Source of the DNA: Hydrurus foetidus
Taxonomy: Eukaryota
Assembly: GCA_900617105.1 (NCBI GenBank)
Contig: UYFQ01000742.1
Coordinates: 1 to 36,674 of the forward strand
Reading direction: 5' to 3'
Length of the DNA stretch: 36,674 nucleotides
Positions within the stretch are counted from its first letter, which is position 1. Each line of letters begins with the position of its first letter. Shown here piece by piece: positions 10,249-21,158 of this stretch. Position numbers and translations under genes: made by a program. The notes beneath the pieces were generated by a model. The model saw only the letters and a list, made by a program, of their open reading frames with translations. It did no database searches and was not told the origin of the DNA.

Positions 10249-13200
10249 TTTAATCAAGCTATTTTCGTAGGGGGCAACCTCATGTTTGTCTCATACAGTT
10301 CTTGCTGGGTCCGTAGGGATTTATAGATGGTCTCCGGGTGCCCCTTGGCTGTTTAAAAAGGAAAAAATCATCTTGCAATCATATTTCTACTTAAATTTGT
10401 AATTTCATTAAACTTCAAACACTTAGTTTCCTGTACGGATCGGAAACTATTTGTACATCTCGTTACAATTGTGGTTTCATGGTACTACAATTAATTAGTT
10501 TCACCAGCTGAGCAAAACAAGCGGCTTAAACGCGCATATTCTGCGTCTATTTTGTTTCGCTCTTTTTCATGACTTGTGAAATGCTGCGATTTCAAAGGTC
10601 TAAGGAGGAACAGTTTTGACAATTCCGTTGCCCTAGAGTTAGCAACATAGTCGTATGCGATGGATGAATCAATGTTTTCTTATGGATCTTTATGTCATAA
10701 AGAGTTAATTTAATCAAGCTATTTTCGTAGGGGGCAACCTCATGTTTGTCTCATACAGTTCTTGCTGGGTCCGTAGGGATTTATAGATGGTCTCCGGGTG
10801 CCCCTTGGCTGTTTAAAAAGGAAAAAATTCTTGCAATCATATTTCTACTTAAATTTGTAATTTCATTAAACTTCAAACACTTAGTTTCCTGTACGGATCG
10901 GAAACTATTTGTACATCTCGTTACAATTGTGGTTTCATGGTACTACAATTAATTAGTTTCACCAGCTGAGCAAAACAAGCGGCTTAAACGCGCATATTCT
11001 GCGTCTATTTTGTTTCGCTCTTTTTCATGACTTGTGAAATGCTGCGATTTCAAAGGTCTAAGGAGGAACAGTTTTGACAATTCCGTTGCCCTAGAGTTAG
11101 CAACACGTATGCGATGGATGAATCAATGTTTTCTTATGGATCTTTATGTCATAAAGAGTTAATTTAATCAAGCTATTTTCGTAGGGGGCAACCTCATGTT
11201 TGTCTCATACAGTTCTTGCTGGGTCCGTAGGGATTTATAGATGGTCTCCGGGTGCCCCTTGGCTGTTTAAAAAGGAAAAAATCATCTTGCAATCATATTT
11301 CTACTTAAATTTGTAATTTCATTAAACTTCAAACACTTAGTTTCCTGTACGGATCGGAAACTATTTGTACATCTCGTTACAATTGTGGTTTCATGGTACT
11401 ACAATTAATTAGTTTCACCAGCTGAGCAAAACAAGCGGCTTAAACGCGCATATTCTGCGTCTATTTTGTTTCGCTCTTTTTCATGACTTGTGAAATGCTG
11501 CGATTGCAAAGGTCTAAGGAGGAACAGTTTTGACAATTCCGTTGCCCTAGAGTTAGCAACACGTATGCGATGGATGAATCAATGTTTTCTTATGGATCTT
11601 TATGTCATAAAGAGTTAATTTAATCAAGCTATTTTCGTAGGGGGCAACCTCATGTTTGTCTCATACAGTTCTTGCTGGGTCCGTAGGGATTTATAGATGG
11701 TCTCCGGGTGCCCCTTGGCTGTTTAAAAAGGAAAAAATCATCTTGCAATCATATTTCTACTTAAATTTGTAATTTCATTAAACTTCAAACACTTAGTTTC
11801 CTGTACGGATCGGAAACTATTTGTACATCTCGTTACAATTGTGGTTTCATGGTACTACAATTAATTAGTTTCACCAGCTGAGCAAAACAAGCGGCTTAAA
11901 CGCGCATATTCTGCGTCTATTTTGTTTCGCTCTTTTTCATGACTTGTGAAATGCTGCGATTTCAAAGGTCTAAGGAGGAACAGTTTTGACAATTCCGTTG
12001 CCCTAGAGTTAGCAACACGTATGCGATGGATGAATCAATGTTTTCTTATGGATCTTTATGTCATAAAGAGTTAATTTAATCAAGCTATTTTCGTAGGGGC
12101 AACCTCATGTTTGTCTCATACAGTTCTTGCTGGGTCCGTAGGGATTTATAGATGGTCTCCGGGTGCCCCTTGGCTGTTTAAAAAGGAAAAAATCATCTTG
12201 CAATCATATTTCTACTTAAATTTGTAATTTCATTAAACTTCAAACACTTAGTTTCCTGTACGGATCGGAAACTATTTGTACATCTCGTTACAATTGTGGT
12301 TTCATGGTACTACAATTAATTAGTTTCACCAGCTGAGCAAAACAAGCGGCTTAAACGCGCATATTCTGCGTCTATTTTGTTTCGCTCTTTTTCATGACTT
12401 GTGAAATGCTGCGATTTCAAAGGTCTAAGGAGGAACAGTTTTGACAATTCCGTTGCCCTAGAGTTAGCAACACGTATGCGATGGATGAATCAATGTTTTC
12501 TTATGGATCTTTATGTCATAAAGAGTTAATTTAATCAAGCTATTTTCGTAGGGGGCAACCTCATGTTTGTCTCATACAGTTCTTGCTGGGTCCGTAGGGA
12601 TTTATAGATGGTCTCCGGGTGCCCCTTGGCTGTTTAAAAAGGAAAAAATCATCTTGCAATCATATTTCTACTTAAATTTGTAATTTCATTAAACTTCAAA
12701 CACTTAGTTTCCTGTACGGATCGGAAACTATTTGTACATCTCGTTACAATTGTGGTTTCATGGTACTACAATTAATTAGTTTCACCAGCTGAGCAAAACA
12801 AGCGGCTTAAACGCGCATATTCTGCGTCTATTTTGTTTCGCTCTTTTTCATGACTTGTGAAATGCTGCGATTTCAAAGGTCTAAGGAGGAACAGTTTTGA
12901 CAATTCCGTTGCCCTAGAGTTAGCAACACGTATGCGATGGATGAATCAATGTTTTCTTATGGATCTTTATGTCATAAAGAGTTAATTTAATCAAGCTATT
13001 TTCGTAGGGGGCAACCTCATGTTTGTCTCATACAGTTCTTGCTGGGTCCGTAGGGATTTATAGATGGTCTCCGGGTGCCCCTTGGCTGTTTAAAAAGGAA
13101 AAAATCATCTTGCAATCATATTTCTACTTAAATTTGTAATTTCATTAAACTTCAAACACTTAGTTTCCTGTACGGATCGGAAACTATTTGTACATCTCGT

Positions 13201-14751
13201 TACAATTGTGGTTTCATGGTACTACAATTAATTAGTTTCACCAGCTGAGCAAAACAAGCGGCTTAAACGCGCATATTCTGCGTCTATTTTGTTTCGCTCT
13301 TTTTCATGACTTGTGAAATGCTGCGATTTCAAAGGTCTAAGGAGGAACAGTTTTGACAATTCCGTTGCCCTAGAGTTAGCAACACGTATGCGATGGATGA
13401 ATCAATGTTTTCTTATGGATCTTTATGTCATAAAGAGTTAATTTAATCAAGCTATTTTCGTAGGGGGCAACCTCATGTTTGTCTCATACAGTTCTTGCTG
13501 GGTCCGTAGGGATTTATAGATGGTCTCCGGGTGCCCCTTGGCTGTTTAAAAAGGAAAAAATCATCTTGCAATCATATTTCTACTTAAATTTGTAATTTCA
13601 TTAAACTTCAAACACTTAGTTTCCTGTACGGATCGGAAACTATTTGTACATCTCGTTACAATTGTGGTTTCATGGTACTACAATTAATTAGTTTCACCAG
13701 CTGAGCAAAACAAGCGGCTTAAACGCGCATATTCTGCGTCTATTTTGTTTCGCTCTTTTTCATGACTTGTGAAATGCTGCGATTTCAAAGGTCTAAGGAG
13801 GAACAGTTTTGACAATTCCGTTGCCCTAGAGTTAGCAACACGTATGCGATGGATGAATCAATGTTTTCTTATGGATCTTTATGTCATAAAGAGTTAATTT
13901 AATCAAGCTATTTTCGTAGGGGCAACCTCATGTTTGTCTCATACAGTTCTTGCTGGGTCCGTAGGGATTTATAGATGGTCTCCGGGTGCCCCTTGGCTGT
14001 TTAAAAAGGAAAAAATCATCTTGCAATCATATTTCTACTTAAATTTGTAATTTCATTAAACTTCAAACACTTAGTTTCCTGTACGGATCGGAAACTATTT
14101 GTACATCTCGTTACAATTGTGGTTTCATGGTACTACAATTAATTAGTTTCACCAGCTGAGCAAAACAAGCGGCTTAAACGCGCATATTCTGCGTCTATTT
14201 TGTTTCGCTCTTTTTCATGACTTGTGAAATGCTGCGATTTCAAAGGTCTAAGGAGGAACAGTTTTGACAATTCCGTTGCCCTAGAGTTAGCAACACGTAT
14301 GCGATGGATGAATCAATGTTTTCTTATGGATCTTTATGTCATAAAGAGTTAATTTAATCAAGCTATTTTCGTAGGGGGCAACCTCATGTTTGTCTCATAC
14401 AGTTCTTGCTGGGTCCGTAGGGATTTATAGATGGTCTCCGGGTGCCCCTTGGCTGTTTAAAAAGGAAAAAATCATCTTGCAATCATATTTCTACTTAAAT
14501 TTGTAATTTCATTAAACTTCAAACACTTAGTTTCCTGTACGGATCGGAAACTATTTGTACATCTCGTTACAATTGTGGTTTCATGGTACTACAATTAATT
14601 AGTTTCACCAGCTGAGCAAAACAAGCGGCTTAAACGCGCATATTCTGCGTCTATTTTGTTTCGCTCTTTTTCATGACTTGTGAAATGCTGCGATTGCAAA
14701 GGTCTAAGGAGGAACAGTTTTGACAATTCCGTTGCCCTAGAGTTAGCAACA
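10183..14751. repeat. Tandem array of 10 near-identical ~456-bp units
   Basis: Units start at 10183, 10639, 11097, 11553, 12009, 12464, 12920, 13376, 13832 and 14287. They are bounded by the 9-bp microhomology TTAGCAACA (last copy 14743-14751). Each unit is the protease-like gene 3' end + intergenic DNA + helicase 3' end. Confidence 0.97.
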
Positions 14752-17700
14752 TAGTCCAATCCACGAGCCCATGGACACTTCAAAGAAGGTATAGTTACAC
14801 AATTTCCTTTGACAGTTGAGCCTTGCATTTTGTGGGTTGTAGTTGCAAATGCAGCAACAAGAGGAATCTGCCATCGATGATATTTTTTAGAATATTTCTC
14901 GGTGATGTCACATTGCTCGGTAAATGGTACAACATTAGGTAGCGATGGTATTACTGAATAACCTACATCGTGATCCATTTTGACAAATACGACAGGGAGT
15001 TCGTTTTGTACATTGGATCTTTGTTGATGAATTCCAATATCGTCTGGATCGTAGGAGAATGCAAAGGCCACAACTTAACCTTTTGCCCCATTAAATATAC
15101 CTATCATTATTGGCAGACACAAATATTAATAAAGGAATACATTTATATTCTAGACAATACATATTACATACACCAAAATAAACAGGAGTGTACCTATTTG
15201 TGTTCCCAAATTCATAGTGCAGCTAACCTTAGTACCAATTGCCAAATCTAAATAAGGAGCTGCACTGCCATATTTTGTAATTAATAACAATTTATCAACA
15301 GTTTCCTTGTCAGGCATCTTATGTTCTTTTGATACAGGAATATGCCGTGCAATGATCCTATGATTGATAACACCATTTGAGACTTTCTCTTCAAAGTCTG
15401 TCTTATTAAGTCTCCGTACAACTTTATTCTCGTGTGCGATCCACACAGCGTCTGGACCTGCTTCTCGTCTGGCAGCTTTTTCGTTAACAATTACTCGGGA
15501 GTTCATAGCTTGTAATAATTCTTGATTGACAATACCCTTTCTCGCCCCGGATAAGAAAACATTCATTAATGGCGTCGCATCGAGCATATATCTAGTATTT
15601 TCTGTCAATACAACATATTCATTCAAGTCCAACCAAATCTTGCGACCTTTAATTGAGCGTGCGTATTGAATATCATTTGTATAAATAGTCTCTGGCTCAA
15701 TTGGTTTTAGATGATAAAAGTCTCAGTGAACAATATATGCACACCTCCAAAATGTTTTTCCTTTAAACTCTGTCGCAATATCGGATCGCTAGTTTGTGTT
15801 CCCATAGCTGCGATCTGCCGTTCGCTAATTTCATTCAATGTTTCCAAGTTTATCATAGAGATTTTATCGAGAACAATAAGTTTGACACCAGCAATTTTAC
15901 TACCGACAGCTTGTGCACATTCTTTCGACATAGTACACACTTTTGACTTCTTTTTTATTCTACCCTTTCCATAGACTGATTGCCAAGTATAACCGCTGAT
16001 TACATTTGCTGCAGCTCCTGTTGGTGCTATAGACAAAGCAGAACCATATAAACCTTTCTGTTTCCCATGACATATTTGAGTATATTCCATTATTAAGCTA
16101 ATTAGGAATGATTTACCAGTGCCACCTTCGCCAGTGACAAACATTAACATTTGACTGTTTTTCTGGCCACTTATATACTCCACAGCAATATTGTACGCTT
16201 TCAGTTGCTGCTTTGTAAGCCTACTAACATTATCTTCTAACTTTTTAAATCTTTCTTCATAATTGTTGACTTTACAATAAATATTTGAATCAGATGATAA
16301 TTCGCCATTATATAATGTAGACTGAATTGAATTTTCTATTCTTAAATCTTCTAAATGTTTATTTTGAACATTTTGTATAAAATTTTTACAGTACCGCATA
16401 TTTGCAGCAGTGATATTAATCATAGAGTCAATATTGTTATTATACGGATTTAAGGGCATATTGATGGTATCGCCAAATTGTAACAAATTGCTTTCTTCAA
16501 CAATAAAGTTGTTTTCGTCGCTGCAATTATTGTATAAGAACTCATCAGACTCCTCATCAACCTCATTGATATTCACTCCAACATTGTCTCTAATAACATT
16601 CGAATTGTGTAATAATTCAAGTGTATAATTTACATACGGTGGAATGTCGTCACTCAACTTGAGGTTGTACAAACACTCTACAGCAGACTCATAGCCTCGT
16701 AAAATTTCCTCTTCACCACCCCATGGCCATGGTATATGTACGAGTAATGTTGAATAACACGACCGCTCGTCACTATCGTTCACAGGTACATATGGACACA
16801 GATTGACAACACAATCTTTCCTTAATCTCGTGTAGACTGTGTTTTGAATCATAAACTTGTGATTTTTTAATGTGGATATAATAATACCACCGTCATCAAC
16901 ATGTAGTAATGACGGAGCAGGGTACACTTTTGTGCTTGCTACAGAAACGTTGTATGATGTATACAACGAATATATGGTGATGTTGCATTTACCATCATAA
17001 TTTTCTCTCTGCTGTATGACTAACAATTGATATGCCATACGCTTACCCATCGCAGAGTTAAGGCCACATTCAACTGCTAAATCTGAATCTTCAAGTTGAC
17101 CAATAATTTCAGCCCTAGTCTTAAGACCTTTGTTCATCTCATCACCTAATATAATTTGAAACTGTCAATTAGACACCGCTAAGTAATATTAATAAAATAT
17201 ATACAAATAATAAAATGTGCAATAAGCAAAACTTACGGTGCAATGGATTAAGATTAATAACAGCTCTTGAAGATTTAACGATTTTAAGACCCAATAATGT
17301 ATAGCACGCCTGAACAGCACCAACCGGACTACTCCCCAATATAGCACTCCCGACGGCATACAATCGTTGTCTATCTGTAACAACAGAACTTGTATCAACA
17401 ATATATTTTATTTTCTTGGCGTAAATATTAGCCATCGCACTTTTATCTGGTTCTTCAGCTTTCGATGCGTATGACGCGACGTATTCTGCAGCACCAACAC
17501 TATTACCAATGTACTGAATATCATGATTTCCACCATGAGCAATCGATATTAATGGACTGTGTAATGTACCATTTAAATATGCATTATTTCGCTGTGGTAG
17601 GACAGAAACCCGAATTCTGCTCTTCTTGTCGCGATCTCGCCTTATGATAGGCTCAAATGTACAACCATCAGAAACCCATGGAAACCCGAATCTACATACT

Positions 17701-20186
17701 TGGTTGTGCGAATAACAATACTTAAAACACGTGAAGCAGCACCTGTGAAACTGTGTTGCAATTTGGAGTTGACGGTATTGGCGCTGCACATCGTTGTCGG
17801 CAAATACACCATCAACACTCCTTTCATAATTCAAATGGGCATCAAATGGCAGTCGGCATGGGTGAATATCATCTGAAAAATATTCCCTAGATGGATTCCA
17901 AAGAAAATCAGATTCATCCAACTCAACTTTATTCATTATATTCGTATCTCCAATATTCTGCTGATCCTTGCCATTCATATCAACACTTATATTCGTACAA
18001 TCAATCTTCTTGACCAAAATTGCGCTGACAATACCTTGAACATAACTTTTAACTTTATTTTGTTCAACAACATCGTCACTATCAACTGTACCAGAATCAA
18101 TACCATCCGCCTTTGAAATGCAAATCAAACTGTGAACATGTGGTGTTCCGCGAGCCTGATACTGTACGTGAATGAATTAGATCTGAAAGTGACATTATGT
18201 AGAGTCTATTCAGAACATACCTCGACTCGCCTCCAAAAATCAGTTACTTCTCCAAATGGCTTAGACTCACCCATCACAAGATATTTCCACATACAATCCT
18301 GCTTGTAATCAAATAGACGTGCGACAGTTGCTGGATGACTTCGCAACAGATTCATTCTTGTATCAGAATCTAGCAACTTCGCCTAAATATAAATAAATAA
18401 ATTACACTGATTAATGCAAAATAATGGGTAAAAAAAAATGGAAATATAATTAACTTACCTTATTAACTCTGGTATTCCAAAATTCAATACTATGATCAGT
18501 TATTTGGCTCTGTACAAGTTCGAAAAAGCGACTTTCATAAAGATCTGCTGGTGCAACAGTAAAAAATAGGCGCCACAAACCCAACTTATTGATAATAGGA
18601 GACGGAATCATTGCCACAAGTTTGGTCCTTTCATAAGCTATATGAGTTGCAGTTCCTTGTAACGACTGAGAATAAGGTATTAATCGTTTAATCAATTTTT
18701 GCATCTCTCTTTCATCATACTTGTCCGATGACTTATTCATAGCTGTATCGCTAGACACATTACTAGACTTCAATGTTTCTTGAGCGGAAACTAAAGACTC
18801 CTCCAAATAATTTAATAAATTGTTAATATCACTAATATTTGGTACTTCATCAAGTGGAGCTGTACTACCAAGATTTTTTTTTGAGCCACGAAAGCAACGC
18901 CCCCTAACTTTCTTCTCATCTCCATTGTATACATATTAAAGATGAATCCAGCTGACTGTTGAAACCTCCTAGCTGAAGGCCCACCACCTAAACACAACAT
19001 GTGTTTTACGTATTTTGCGTTGCTAAGCATACCACACGACTTGTCGCTGGGACACCCACGACCGTACGGATATAGACAAGCAAAACACCGCGATAGATAA
19101 TACTCAGGATTTTTGAACTGACATACGAATTCATGTAGCGTGTTCCTCTCATAAGTAGACTGTGATGGGTCAATTAAAGCACTGCATATACCCTCAATAT
19201 GTGAAACCAAGGAGTCGGGTGACTCCAACAAAATTTCGTGCTCTTTTCCTGCTGATACTAAAATGATATTGTTGAAAATGTCAGTCTCAAATATTAGCAA
19301 TAGTAACACATAGTGACACAACATAGTTAAATAATACCTGTATTAGTAGTGTATTCATCAGAAACTTCGCCGGCTGCAACATTACCACCATCAATATCAC
19401 AATCCTCATCATCAGTTAATTCAATGAAAGGAATATCAACTGGTGATGTCGTTTCCTGCCAATACTTAACATTTATAGGCCAGATAATTTCGATATCACT
19501 ATACAAATGATTGTGCTCTTTCAACCAATTCAATGCCGAAAATACCCTAAATGGTCGATATTTGTACTCCTTCCCAACATCAGTTCTTCTGTGACGCATA
19601 ACAGCTGTATCTTCAATGGACGGCATACGTGGTAGGTACTTAGCTACACTAGTCAAATCATTAATAATTGTGTAGCTGGTTCCGCCTTTGACTTTGTAGT
19701 GCTTTCCACCCGCCAAAAACATTTTCGTCACGGAAGAATAGATATTTATCATACTTTCTTCGACACAAGTTAAACCAACCAACTCAGAAGGTATAGTTCC
19801 GGCAAATAACCCATTAAATAACGTGAGTTTGGGAACGCTGTAACTTCGAGATGCAGACCCTTCCTTAGAGCTAGAGAGACCAACAACTTCAGAATATAAC
19901 GAAGTAGACTGGCATTCTTTACCCTCTTGTATCATATCAAAATGCGGCATGGTAGAATCGTCACCTTCGATAACAGTAATGGCATCGTCCACACACACTG
20001 GTGCCAAGTCAGTAATGACTCCAGACTTTTTCTTGCCTTGAAGCTGGTGACAACAACTACTACACAAATGAGTACAACCGATAATAATTCCATCTTTGAA
20101 AACCCGCAAAAGATCATCAACGAACATGCAGTCATACGTTGACATATATGTGTGAACCGTTGTTAAAAGTTTGAACTTTGCCGTCA
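14595..20186 (-). pseudogene. Helitron2/Helentron-type RepHel transposase (HUH endonuclease + Pif1 helicase), intron-containing, 5'-truncated, with lesions
   Basis: Rep motifs FFTVAPAD, FWRRVE|YQARGTPHVH (intron 18162-18220; HVH at 18132-18140) and YVASYASK. Pif1 motifs TGEGGTGKS, APTGAAA, FGG..ILFTGDF (frameshift near 15725), LTENTR, QIPLVAAFATTTHKMQGST and YVANSR. N-terminal IPSELVGLTCVEE and VFSALNWLKEHNHLY motifs. Homopolymer frameshift near 18875; Walker B reads DKISM. Confidence 0.93.
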
Positions 20187-20416
20187 AGACCCCCCAAAAT
20201 TAGACCCCCTAAAACCATTCTCGGACTGCGAGAACACGGTCAAATCCCTGCAAATCTAGCGTCATATAAAATGACATTTGTTATATAGAGGTGGAACACC
20301 ATTAGGTTTATCCCCCAATATGACACTATATGATGTTACAATGTTGGCCATTACTGAATGTACGACTGTCTGGTCCAAATCACATTACCCATAATATGAC
20401 ATTATAATGTCATTAA
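20187..20416. other. Short repeat-rich junction fragment, possibly a DNA-transposon end
   Basis: AGACCCCC(C/T)AAAA twice (20187, 20202); three ATGACA-centred AT-rich motifs; a perfect 18-bp palindrome ATGACATTATAATGTCAT (20396-20413). It abuts truncated RepHel on the left and truncated gag on the right. Confidence 0.4.
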
Positions 20417-20653
20417 TCCCCGGCAGCAAAAAAGGGTGACACACCTTCACGGCATTGCGCTGGACATCTCGGCAAACAGTTGAAAGCCCTTTACGCAGAT
20501 GGTCGTCTATACAAATGCTTTTACGGAAAGGCATGCAAATTTCAGCACGCAAGTAAAGTGGGGAAAATAAATGAGCAATTATTAGAAATCATCGCTCAAT
20601 TGCCACCAACTGCTCAGGAAGATTTGCAGAAAGCAGTAAGAAAGACCGCGTGA
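20417..20653 (+). pseudogene. C-terminal remnant of ORF1 (gag-like) with CCCH-type zinc finger
   Basis: Open frame without a start (absent from the ORF track): ...HCAGHLGKQLKALYADGRLYKCFYGKACKFQH...RKTA*, upstream of the RT ORF. Confidence 0.6.
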
Positions 20654-21158
20654 CTAGAGTCGCCGGCTACGAACACGGTGTCCTTTCAAGAATCACCCGA
20701 TGAGTAAAAATCTAAACGTGTATTGTATTCGATTGACCAATGTGTCGAAAACTTGATCTGTGGTGAGTTGTGACTGTGCCAACAACTCTACTACGATCAT
20801 GTTGTTTGGGAGTAACTTCTGGTGACATCTGTCTTTCGAATACTCCCTCCCAAAATAAGTCTAGACATTGTCGAAACTTGATAATATACAATGCGTCGTG
20901 TTTACTAAATTAAATATAGTAGAAATAGCAATCTTACCATCCATAAGATGGTTTGAGCTCTCGATGCATCACTCTTATATTGTGATTACCACTGTGGCAG
21001 TCAATGTTGCACTTGTTACAGTGGTAGTGGTAGCCCGGTGGTTAGCCTCGTCTCTACATGGTGTGGATGATGTCGCACCAGGAGGTGGGGAGGGGGTGCA
21101 ATGAATATCAAAAAATCACGGTGACTAATTCAATTCCCATGAATTTTCGGATTGATAG

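Larger units (their letters stand above)
4188..20186 (-). mobile_element. Probable large Helitron-like element including passenger genes; termini not visible
   Basis: RepHel is directly adjacent to RPA-like and protease-like genes, both gene types known from Helitrons. Inclusion of these genes within the element is inferred. Confidence 0.45.

Noticed and set aside
10269..10346. Hammerhead ribozyme or tRNA in the array unit
   Set aside because: Minus-strand CTGTATGAG only resembles CUGANGA and no GAAA/UH core with proper stems is present; there is no T-loop or cloverleaf.
10746..10952. 68-aa ORF in array unit 2
   Set aside because: Open only because of a 2-bp indel in this unit; it lies in intergenic-derived sequence.
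10183..14751. CRISPR-like array
   Set aside because: Units are 456-bp near-identical copies with no unique spacers and no cas genes; eukaryotic context.
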